From Phoronis australis (Eukaryota; Animalia; Phoronida), in assembly GCA_002633005.1 (NCBI GenBank), contig NMRA01000001.1, positions 4,744,184 to 4,808,183 of the forward strand: 64,000 nt of DNA. The letters are read 5' to 3'. The position numbers were made by a program, and so were the translations under genes. Under the pieces are notes generated by a model. That model was not told the origin of the DNA. It searched no databases and was given only the letters and a program-made list of their open reading frames with translations. Shown piece by piece: positions 51,784 to 64,000 of this stretch. Position 1 is the stretch's first letter. Each line of letters starts with the position of its first letter.

Positions 51784-52014
51784 GGTCACGATACTGTTGC
51801 AAGACCATACAAAAAACATGTTAAAACAAAACTACAACATAAAACCCATACAACACTCTGCTCTTTGAACAATATTGCGCCTAGTAGTCTGCTAGTTGTC
51901 ATAACATGATGATCCAGTCGGCATGCTATATGAAGTCTGGAGCAGAGCAACAGATTATGTTCACTTGATGAACAGTTGCCTAGACAACGGCAGGCATACA
52001 CTTCTAGCTGAGGC

Positions 52015-52185
<171 letters not shown>

Positions 52186-52767
52186 TCAAGTTGTAATCAC
52201 ATCATCGCCACTCTCAGGACCACACTAAAAGTAATGACTTGTTCAAGGGACGGCTTAAGTGGAAGTAACCGCTATGACAAGTAAATGCCAAGGTAAAATA
52301 AAATTTTAGTTTTAGAACATTTCGAAACCTATAGAATACCGTTTCATTTGTTGGGGAAATGTCACCAACCATGCAGTCATTGCGATTGATTTTTCAATCA
52401 ATTGTCGAAAACTTAGTAACCAAACAGAACTTTTTTGTTTCATAATAGAGAGAACAACCCTTTAGTAACTGTTTTACTTTCAACATTTTACTGGTAACTT
52501 GTCCTCAAACACACGTAACTCAGACGAGGTTACTACTTACAGGAACACTTGCATGTAACTAGGATGGGGTCTGCTTTTGAATAACAAAACCCCGCAAACC
52601 TTTACATCTAAGTGAATAGGAATGTAACTGGGGTTGGAGTTATGGGGAAACTTGCAGCATTCAAATTGATATGATGAATTATCATCACTATTTTGTGTCC
52701 GTCTGAGCGAAGATTAATCACAGATGGAATGTGAACTCGTAATAGAGCACGCAATTAACAAGTGCAG

Positions 52768-52990
52768 ATGACTCAGCGGTCTAGTGGTTAGAGTGCTGGA
52801 CTGACAACTAAAAGGTTCCAAGTTTAAACCCCACCATGCATTAGGAAAACACAATCAAAGTGCCACCTTGAGTGTACCAGATATATGAGCTTGTTTCTCT
52901 AAGAACCCTTAATATCTGTAGAAATGACTGCCTGAAATGTCGCACCAATGTAAATAGGGTAGAGGCTGGTGTAAATCGATCCAATAGGTT
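52768..52990 (+). mobile_element. Degenerate tRNA-derived SINE
   Basis: tRNA-like head with A box (GGTCTAGTGGTTAG) and decayed B box (GTTTAAACC); no intact cloverleaf. Confidence 0.5.
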
Positions 52991-53261
52991 TTAGAAATAA
53001 TGTTACCACATCACCACTTCAAACTGTCATGAAGTTGTCACCAAAGCACTAGTTCCCACTTTTCCATGCTTGAAGACTGCATAAAGTCAGATCATTGTGA
53101 GTCTTGGGATACAGACATAACAACTGAGACTACACTGAGCACCTTAGATAATCCCTAGCACTGCTGGACGACAAAGACAGTGTTGAGTGATGTCGGTAAA
53201 TGAATCATTTGTACAGCTGATAAAAGTCATTACGAAGTAGCAACAATAAGCGATGACTTAC

Positions 53262-53349
53262 TAGCATTGCCCTCCATTCCTAGGATCTGTTTGTATCCTC
53301 CATGGAACAGCACCCTCAGCAGTGTCTGGGCTGTGTAACACACTTGGTC
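53262..53349 (-). CDS. ILF2: ILF2 exon ([29 protein letters not shown])
   Basis: tacag acceptor and gtaagt donor; conserved motif. Confidence 0.95.
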
Positions 53350-55429
53350 CTGTAATCAGTAGACAACACAGTTATACAGCCTTCATGGGTTGTCTGATAT
53401 TAACACAGATTTACTGTTTGGTAGACCTGACATCAAGGCGCATCCGCTGTCAGAATTGTCGCAAGACAAAAAATTCACAACGAACGATCACACGAACGAC
53501 AAAACAGGATGCTAGACCAGCTGTCTGATGATCAGCCTCCAAAAACAATGTCAGATTTGCCTTCTTGCAGAGATCAGACTACATAGCAATGGCATAATTA
53601 GCAAGGGTGCCCTGTTTGCACATGGTAATATGGCCAGAGCAGTAGTAGTTTTTATGCTAAATAGTATATGATTAAGGATGAAATTGCTCGAGACAGCTAA
53701 ATTGGGACATACAGTGACCTCGCTTCACTCAACATCACATCACTCGTCAGTCTGCACATCATCATTTTTTCTTGGTTCCGACTACTCGCCCCTTCACTTA
53801 CAGTAAAAGTTTGTGGTTAAGTCATTTTTAAGTTGCTGCTTCACTCATTACTCAAAAACAGAATCTGTCCCGACATTTTCAAGCTACATTTTTATATTTT
53901 CCAAATCCTATTTGAACATTAGATGGGATAACCTTCAATGATATACCTCTGAATTAATATCACATCATCCATAGTCATGTGATCAGACAGGCAGCATCAT
54001 GATAGTCACATGACAGTGGTACCATGGCATTTTGTCTTATAATAGTCACAGAAGGCTTCTACGACTAGTGTAAGGTCATGGTACCATGTGACTTCCAAAA
54101 CCTTCCAGACCTGTGTACCACCCAAACTGCATTGGACTACTCTGAATGCCAGATTTGCAGACTTTCCAGTAAATTCGCAGATTCCCATGTACAGACCAAA
54201 TTTACCTTTCACTATCTGACCAACTAAAAAAAAGAAGGAGGGGCTCTGCTTAACGTTCATAGCTTTCGCGCCGAATTCTTGCCTCTTTAGAGGACTTTTG
54301 TCTTGTTTCCTCGGACTTTCGGTTTTGGGACTCATTTAAACCCACCCGGGTAAGCGTATAGGTACTTTTCCTACTTATTTGCCTCTCAAACAGTTTCTAA
54401 AACACACGTAGTGAATTGATCACCAATTTTCAGAATAATTTAAGTTGTTTAGTCGAGGGACAACGCGCATAGTGAAAAGATCCTGTTAATCAAATGTCCT
54501 TACTGAACTTACCAATGTTAATACATGCATTATGTACACCTCATTTCATAACACAAAAAAATATCTGCAAAAATGTGTTGATGAATCTGCACTGGACAAT
54601 GTTTTGCATCAATATTTTCTTAACCATTCACAAAAGTTTTGAATAATTATTCATTGCAAGTGTCAGTGATCACGTACCACCATACTGCATGCGAAAAGAC
54701 CTTGAGCCGAGGCTTGACTCCTTGAGGCTCGACTGCGGATCGAGTCTCGTCAGCTCAACACGCTACAAAGTCAGTGCAGTCACCATGTCCGCAAAAATAC
54801 GCAATACAACTTGCAGTATAAATTCCACGGTCCCTTGAATAAGACATTGTCATTCTTTGGAATAACGTCGCAAAAACAAATGTTCCCTTCTTTCAGAAGC
54901 TACTTTCTTCACAGCTCAGAGTATGCGACCACACGTGCTTTGCCATTTTGTCAACAGTACGTATTTAGCCATAAATAGCCGGAATTAGACGAAGTAAGTA
55001 ATCCACAAATCACAAAAGTCGTTACTTATAGGTTAGGCCTGTGAAAAACATGCCAATAGAAGAGGCCTCGCCTTTCGCCGATTACTAAGGCTATTTCGAG
55101 AATGAAACGAAGGAAGATTTCCGAGTTTGTAGCTCAACTTTTTGGGTAAAATAATGATTTTACAATATGTTTATTTCATTTCTGACTTTAAAATCTCCTT
55201 CCTCCTCTGTTTAGACTACAAATCTGTGAGAAGCAAGCGAATTAATAATCACTTTTGAATTTGCTGAATTTGCGTATTTTTGCCTGGCCGTGCGTACTTG
55301 CGTACTGGAGGCTTGATTTGCGTATGGTACACAGGTCTGACCTTCCCATTAGTTCGTTTGCATCTGGTACAACTAAATTGTACAAGCCATGCAACAGTGC
55401 ATCAAGAGAAGCTATTCCGTGCGATGTCA

Positions 55430-55600
<171 letters not shown>

Positions 55601-56790
55601 TTATGAGGGTCAGAGTGCTCGTTAGTTACAACTATGCAGTTAGGCCATGCCAACAGTAGTTGTTGGTGTAAAGCCCTACAAGCACAAAGTAAACATGGCA
55701 CAAGTTCCCTGCATAACATTTTTGATGTGTTCCCAATGTTATTTCTCTGAAATGACTACAGCATATGAAGCTACACATCACAAAGAGTCCAGGGGATAAC
55801 CGTGAAAGTACAACTCTGAATCCAGTCATAGTTTCATACAGCTGTCAGCTGTAATCAAAGAGCTTGATTAGGCAACCTAGAGGTCGCTAATGTGACATTA
55901 GACTTCATTTGACAACCTGGCCCCAACAAAGTCGCCATGCACACATACAAGCATGCACTCAAAATCTTAAAATATTGAGGAAGTGAACACGGATGAATCT
56001 CCACGAGATATTGGTCCCAAGTGCCAGGGGGAAACTAATCACTTCCATTCGACCAAAAAAGATCGCATGGACAATTTCGAGTGTACTGGCACACATTTGC
56101 AAAGTTCGTCAGATATCCCGTTTTGTCCCTTTCTACTGTAACTATGCATTGTTTGTGGGGTGAGGGGAAGGACTTTCACATCCCCATGTATGGATGTCCT
56201 CATTATGACAACCTCATTTACCATTTGGAACGTGGAAATTTTCCCAAGTCGCATTTGGCAAGTGTCGAGCCATGAAACACAAAGGTACCATAGTTGTTCT
56301 TCGCTGCATGTAAAGTTCGATCATACAGTTATGTGCGTTGATAAGGTATTCCACCACAAGAACAATGATGAGGAAAAAATGTGTTCAGCGAACGGAAAGT
56401 GTAATTTTTGTAGGCAGTCTGATGCACCGGCAAGGAATATGATGAGTCATGTCAGTGACGTCACATTCACTGTAAGTCATGTGCGCTGTCACCCACATAA
56501 ATTACACATATTTGACTGACTTGCGTGCATAATTCACATCAGAATAAAGTTAGCTCTTTACCCAAATGAAAGAGTATCTCTCAACCACGATGAGAACATC
56601 AGAGCAAGAGCTCCCCAAAGTGCAGACTCATCAATAACTACACTACAACAACCGGCACATCTCACTGTGCACAAAGTCTCCCCACATGCCAAGCTGTGTA
56701 GAATGACAAATGTCATATCAATGTGAAAATGCACAATATGATTCAGGTGATAATTTCCATGTACCTTTGATAGAAGACAGACTGCCTTAC

Positions 56791-56852
56791 CTGAAGGCTG
56801 TACTAATGGGCAGAGGCTGCCTCATAGGATTGTTCAGGATGGCATAATGTGC
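56791..56852 (-). CDS. ILF2: ILF2 exon, duplicate of 59425-59486
   Basis: Identical exon inside the tandem duplication. Confidence 0.7.
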
Positions 56853-57400
56853 CTGAAATAGACAAATAACTTTGGTTAAGTATACCTCAGCGCTAATACG
56901 AACTAGAATTGAAATGAAGCAAACGGGGTTTAACACTTAATGATAGTGGTTGAAAAAATGTCAATCAAAATCTTACAAAGAATATAGATCCAGAAAATAC
57001 ACAAAAAATAAACATATTTCCAGAATTTTCTGCTCACAAGCCAGGGGTGTACTTTCGGAAAGTTTCAGTTTAGGGACCTAATGTCCAACTCAAATATACC
57101 CCCCCGGTGTATAATATAACGAAGTGGTGACAATACACTCGGTGTATCAACACTGTAGCCAGGGTGTTTTCAATTCATCAAATCTATTCCATCTTTTCAT
57201 TTAAACCAACATTCTTACTCCAGCACACAATCACATGACGGATTCACATTCTATTTTCCTTGTACAAACCATCACAATGGTTTGGCTTCAGATCAGAGCT
57301 ATCAAGCAGTATCTCTGCTCTCCAGATGGCATGTATATTCATGACCTAATGATCCATGACTTTTTACCCATTAATTTAACAAGACAGTGAAGTTAAATCA

Positions 57401-57520
<120 letters not shown>

Positions 57521-57860
57521 TTACACAACATGTGAAACCTCCATTCACAGAGCCCCAAACAACTGGAGTACATGACTGGCTGGCCATCAAAACCAAAGGC
57601 CACTAAACTATCACATACCAATAGCTCTGATCAATCCAATACTTATTCAATAAGAGAATACAGCAAGACTCGCAAAAGTCACAGGGACATAAGTCATACT
57701 GAAAACAGGCGTTGTTTTTGATGTGTTAAGCCATATGACGTCAGGAGAGATCATCTCAATACTCAACAACTGGCAGTTGATTCATACAGAAACTGGTTGT
57801 TAATTAAGAGAAATATTTTGTTCACNAGTGCATCAAGAGAAGCTATTCCGTGCGAGGTCA

Positions 57861-58034
<174 letters not shown>

Positions 58035-59424
58035 TTATGAGGGTCAGAGTGCTCGTTAGTTACAACTATGCAGTTAGGCCATGTCAACTGTAGCTATTGT
58101 ACGAACACCATTTCTCTGACATAGAATTTATGTTTAACACAGAGATTGCTGAACACGAACATTCTAATATCTTCTCACTAATTTATGTCGACCAGTTCAC
58201 ACCACATTTTACAGAGTGAATCCACTGTTCGACTACAAGCACAAAGTAAACATGGCACAAGTTCCATGCATACGTACTACAACAACCTTTTTGATGTGTT
58301 CCCAATGTTATTTCAGAATCTCTGAAATGACTACAGCATATGGAGCTACACATCACAGAGTCCAGGGGATAACCATTACACACAGTGGTGAGAGTACAAG
58401 TCTGAATCCAGTCATAGTTTGCTGACCAATTCACACCAACTGAGCATCATTCAGCTGTCACCTTTAATCAAAGAGCTTGATTAGGCAACCTACAGGTCAA
58501 TAATGTGACCTTAGATTTAATTTGACGACCTGGCACCAACAAAGCTGCCATGCACACATACAAGCATGCACTCAAAATCTTAAAATATTGAGGAAGTGAA
58601 CAGGGATGAATCTCTACGAGATATTGGTCCCAAAGGCCAGGGGGAAACTAATCGCTTCCATTCGACCAAAAAAGATTGCATGTACAATTTCGAGACAGTG
58701 TACTGGCACATATTTGCGAAGTTCGTCAGATATCCCGCTTTGTCCCTTTCTGCTGTTGCTAACTATGCATTGTTTGTGGGGTGAGGGGAAGGACTTTCAC
58801 ATCCCCATGTATGGATGTCCTTATTATGACCTCATTTACCATTTGGAACGTGGAAATTTTCCCAAGTCGCATTTGGCAAGTTGGCATTATGTTAAGTGTC
58901 GAGCCATGAAACACATAGGTACCATGGTTGTTCTTCGCTGCATGTTAAGTTCGATCATGCAGTTATGTGCGTTGATAAGGAATTCCACTGCAAGAACAAT
59001 GATGAGGAAAAATGTGTTCAGCGAACGAAAAGTGTAATTTTTGTAGGTGGTCTGATGCACCGGCAAGGAATATGATGAGTCATATCAGTGACGTCACATT
59101 CACTGTAAGTCATGTGCGCTGTCACCCACATAAATTACACACATTTGACTGACTTGCGTGCATAATTCACATCAGAGTAAGGTTAGCTCTTTACCCAAAT
59201 GAAAGAGCATCTCTCAACCACGATGAGAACATCAGAGTAAGAGCTCCCCAACAGTGCAGACTCATCAATAACTACACTACAACAACCGTCACATCTCACT
59301 GTGCACAAAGTCTCCCCACATGCCAAGCTGTGTAGAATGACAAATGTCATATCAATGTGAATATGTACATTTTGATTCAGGTGATAATTTCCATGTACCT
59401 TTTATAGAAGACAGACTGCCTTAC

Positions 59425-59486
59425 CTGAAGGCTGTACTAATGGGCAGAGGCTGCCTCATAGGATTGTTCAGGATGGCATAATGTGC
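59425..59486 (-). CDS. ILF2: ILF2 exon (AHYAILNNPMRQPLPISTAFR)
   Basis: tttcag acceptor and gtaagg donor. Confidence 0.92.
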
Positions 59487-60033
59487 CTGAAATAGACAAA
59501 TAACTTTGGTTAAGTATACGTCAGCACTAATACGAACTAGAATTGAAATGAAGCAAACGGGGTTTAACACTTAATGATAGTGGTTGAAAAAATGTCAATC
59601 AAAATCTTACAAAGAATATAGATCCAGAAAATACACAAAAAATAAACATATTTCCAGAATTTTCTGCTCACAAGCCAGGGGTGTACATTCGGAAAGTTTC
59701 AGTTTAGGGACCTAATGTCCAACTCAAATATACCCCCCGGTGTATAATATAACGAAGTGGTGACAATACAATCCGTGTATCAACACTGTAGCCAGGGTGT
59801 TTTCAATTCATCCAGTCTATTCCATCTTTTCATTTAAACCAACATTCTTACTCCAGAACACAATCACATGACGGATTCACATTCTACTTTCCTTGTACAA
59901 ACCATCACAATGGTTTGGCTTCAGATCAGAGCTATCAAGCAGTATCTCTGCTTTCCAGATGGCATGTATACTCATGACCCCATGATCCATGACTTTTTAC
60001 CCATTAATTTAACAAGACAGTGAAGTTAAATCA

Positions 60034-60153
<120 letters not shown>

Positions 60154-60984
60154 TTACACAACATGTGAAACCTCCATTCACAGAGCCCCAAACAACTGGA
60201 GTACATGACTGGCTGGCCATCAAAACCAAAGGCCACTAAACTATCACATACCAATAGCTCTGATCAATCCAATACTTATTCAATAAGAGAATACAGCAAG
60301 ACTCGCAAAAGTCACAGGGACATAAGTCATACTGAAAACAGGCGTTGTTTTTGATGTGTTAAGCCATATGACGTCAGGAGAGATCATCTCAATACTCAAC
60401 AACTGGCAGTTGATTCATACAGAAACTGGTTGTTAATTAAGAGAAATATTTTGTTCACTAAAAGAAACTGATAAAGCACAGCATCAAGTTGGTAAATAAG
60501 TTGTTTATGGCTATGAAACTGACATCCCACCTAACCTACTGACTGTGAGTCTGTCAAGTAGCAACCAGGGGTATCAGCAGTTATTGATGTCTGCACCGTA
60601 TGTCACTGTGTCACCATGGAAACCATGAACAGCCGGCTTAATTGGTGCAGTCTCACGATCATTATAAATACAACTTTATTGCGAAAACATTGTCAGAGCA
60701 CCATTTCTGACACAGAATTTATGTTTAACACAGAGATTGCTGAACACGAACATTCCATTATCTTCTCACTAATTTATGCAGACAAGTTCACACCATATTT
60801 TACAGAGTGCATCCACTGTTCAACTCCCTCACCTCTACAGCTTTAAGTTTAGAATCTTTCCGTCAGCTTATGTTTAAGAGTGATAATGCAGAGGAGATAG
60901 CATTAGAGAACATGCGTACATCAGACTACAATGCAAGGTATATCACTCAAATATGCTTGGAACAAGAGTAAGGTTAGCTCTTTA

Positions 60985-61098
<114 letters not shown>

Positions 61099-61619
61099 TC
61101 AAGCAGTCTACGTTAGAATTTGAGAAAAAAATGGTGACAAAGAAAGACAAGATTTTTGTTCACTAATTTACAGTGTCCTAGTTGGTCAAACTAAGGGAAG
61201 AGGTGCAGACACAAAGCACTAGAGTTTGAAAAATACCAGGAATCAAATCTACGTCCTCACTGGTAAGTTATGAGTTAGTAACACTGCTCAAATTTAGGCC
61301 TATGTGTCTGTATTCAAAATTATAGTGCTTTTTCAAAAGAAAATAATTGATACTAAAGTGTTTCACAAATAGGTAGTGTTTCTAAGATTCCCTTCTGGGC
61401 ATAGGCAGCTAAACTTTGAATAAAAAGTTAACGTAAATTAAACAATCTACCATTTTGTAGTTGATAAGTCAAATTTCAAAAAAACCTTTGGTTCCAGGTT
61501 TAATTGAAGTGTTTTGCATCTGTGAGTGTGAGCCTAACCGTGTATATAAGTGTTCCTACACACATAAGCACATGAACTTAGATAGGTGTATATAGATAGG
61601 TGAATATACAGTATAACAA

Positions 61620-62544
<925 letters not shown>

Positions 62545-62668
62545 TCATTAACATTACTAACTGACTGACACTCAGGAAACCAGTCAGATGGGGATGATTT
62601 CACCAGAACATTACGCCAATGAAATATCCACAGTGTATTGAAGCCAAGACACATAATTAGGCACGTAC

Positions 62669-62734
62669 CTTCACTGGGATCAGACTCCTTCAGACCTTCC
62701 AGACATTTGTTCCCTAAAGCACTCACAGCCTCAA
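62669..62734 (-). CDS. ILF2: ILF2 exon (EAVSALGNKCLEGLKESDPSE)
   Basis: tttcag acceptor and gtacgt donor on the - strand. Confidence 0.93.
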
Positions 62735-63431
62735 CTGAAACAGGAGTAGAACATTAACAGTGAAAGAACAACAGGGAAAGCTAGTTATATCATCGTTCAT
62801 AATACAAGCACTAAGGTTGTTGAATATAATGTAAAGAATGTGATCTAAAATAAAAACATGATGACCAGCTCATGAGTATGTAGAAATGTGCAAAACTCTA
62901 ACAAGGCTTTTTACAATGAAGGTGCTTAACTTTAAGACCAGACATGGCACAATTCATTAATTTTTGGTAGGTGAACAGTCGTGGACTAGTTGTAAACAAC
63001 AGAATGGTCCATAAATTGTTAGAAGACTATGCTGTCTAAGGACCTGCCAATACTACTGCACTTTCCTTTGAGAGCGAGTTAAATCACTCAAACCAAGATC
63101 AACGTGACAACTGCGTACAAACAGCACCAGTCTAATGTTTGTTTTAGAAAACTTAGTCAGCAAATCGCTCTTATGGACGAATTCATCAACTCATAATTAC
63201 TAAGGACATGAATGTAATAGGAATTGGTTCTCAAAGTTTTGCGACCAGATTATCAACCTAAGTGACCGCTGCAGTAGGGACCAAGCTAACAACTCTAAGT
63301 AGATCGCTGCTTGGCAGGTCAGAGTCAGATGAATGACCAGTGGCCGCCTCGTGTCCAATTGGCAGGCAAAACATTGGTGACCTGTGCTGTAGACATATCC
63401 AAGGCATACACAGAATCCACAATTGTGTTAA

Positions 63432-63785
63432 AGCCTAACTTCAACGGAATGTTGTTATTTTAGAAGTATTGGGCTAACCAGATAGTCCTAGCAAAGACTT
63501 AGAAAACGCGAGTTAAATCAAACAAATGTAAACCCATCAAATGAGAGGTGAATCTGCTTTTGCATGCCATGTTGCATCACCGCGAGATCCCAGCACAAAC
63601 AACAAAGGCTGATAACAGTTGTATTGAATAGAGGTCTGAATAGAACACCATTCCGTGCGGGTGTTATTTGCAGCTGTTTGAATTAAAAGGTGATTCTCAC
63701 AGTGACATAGACAAAAGCAAGTCAACATGCTTAACAGTTCGTTATATTTGGCAAATTTATGGCACTAGTTGGCTCAGAGCGATGA
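63432..63785. mobile_element. Second, truncated copy of the 16668 Kolobok-like element
   Basis: TTAA-AGCCTAACTTCAACGG start; collinear similarity over about 350 bp. Confidence 0.8.
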
Positions 63786-63819
63786 TCTTAAAATACCGAT
63801 AAAGATAGGATTTAAACTA

Positions 63820-64000
63820 AACACAGTGTGTTAACCATGAGGTACTCACGTGTGGGTAAAGTTTTGAAGATAACAACAATGTGTTATCCATGAGGTACTC
63901 AGTGTGGGTAAAGTTTTGAAGATAACAACAATGTGTTATCCATGAGGTACTCACGTGTGGGTAAAGTTTTGAAGATAACAACAATGTGTTATCCATGAGG
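63820..64000. repeat. 52-53-bp tandem repeat running off the window end
   Basis: GGTACTCA at 63841, 63894 and 63946. Confidence 0.93.

Noticed and set aside
52768-52840. tRNA gene
   Set aside because: The B box is degenerate and there is no closable acceptor stem; better explained as a SINE head.

Overview
AT-rich eukaryotic (metazoan, probably invertebrate) genomic DNA from a draft assembly with gaps and single-N joins. It holds two convergent multi-exon genes that I reconstructed by hand, with consistent splice phases. The first is ADAM10/kuzbanian on + (17 coding exons, 9612-46886, about 820 codons; the signal-peptide exon is uncertain). The second is the 3' part of ILF2/NF45 on - (62734 down to 52015; its 5' exons lie outside the window). 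ADAM10 has a minor-spliceosome (U12-type GT-AG) intron at 34666-36418 and an intact-looking U6 snRNA gene inside its 12.4-kb intron. The introns are packed with non-autonomous DNA transposons (Kolobok-, Harbinger-, hAT-, Tc2/pogo- and Helentron-like), a HIRAN-domain relic and minisatellites, several of which start at or beside splice sites. A Helentron-like element carries a co-oriented array of CTCF-like motifs about 150 bp apart. A decayed, internally deleted copy of ADAM10 lies between the two genes. Four tandem duplications adjoining Ns, one containing three ILF2 exons, are most likely uncollapsed haplotypes. I found no clearly novel protein-coding system. Almost all entries in the ORF track are spurious or are exon fragments.
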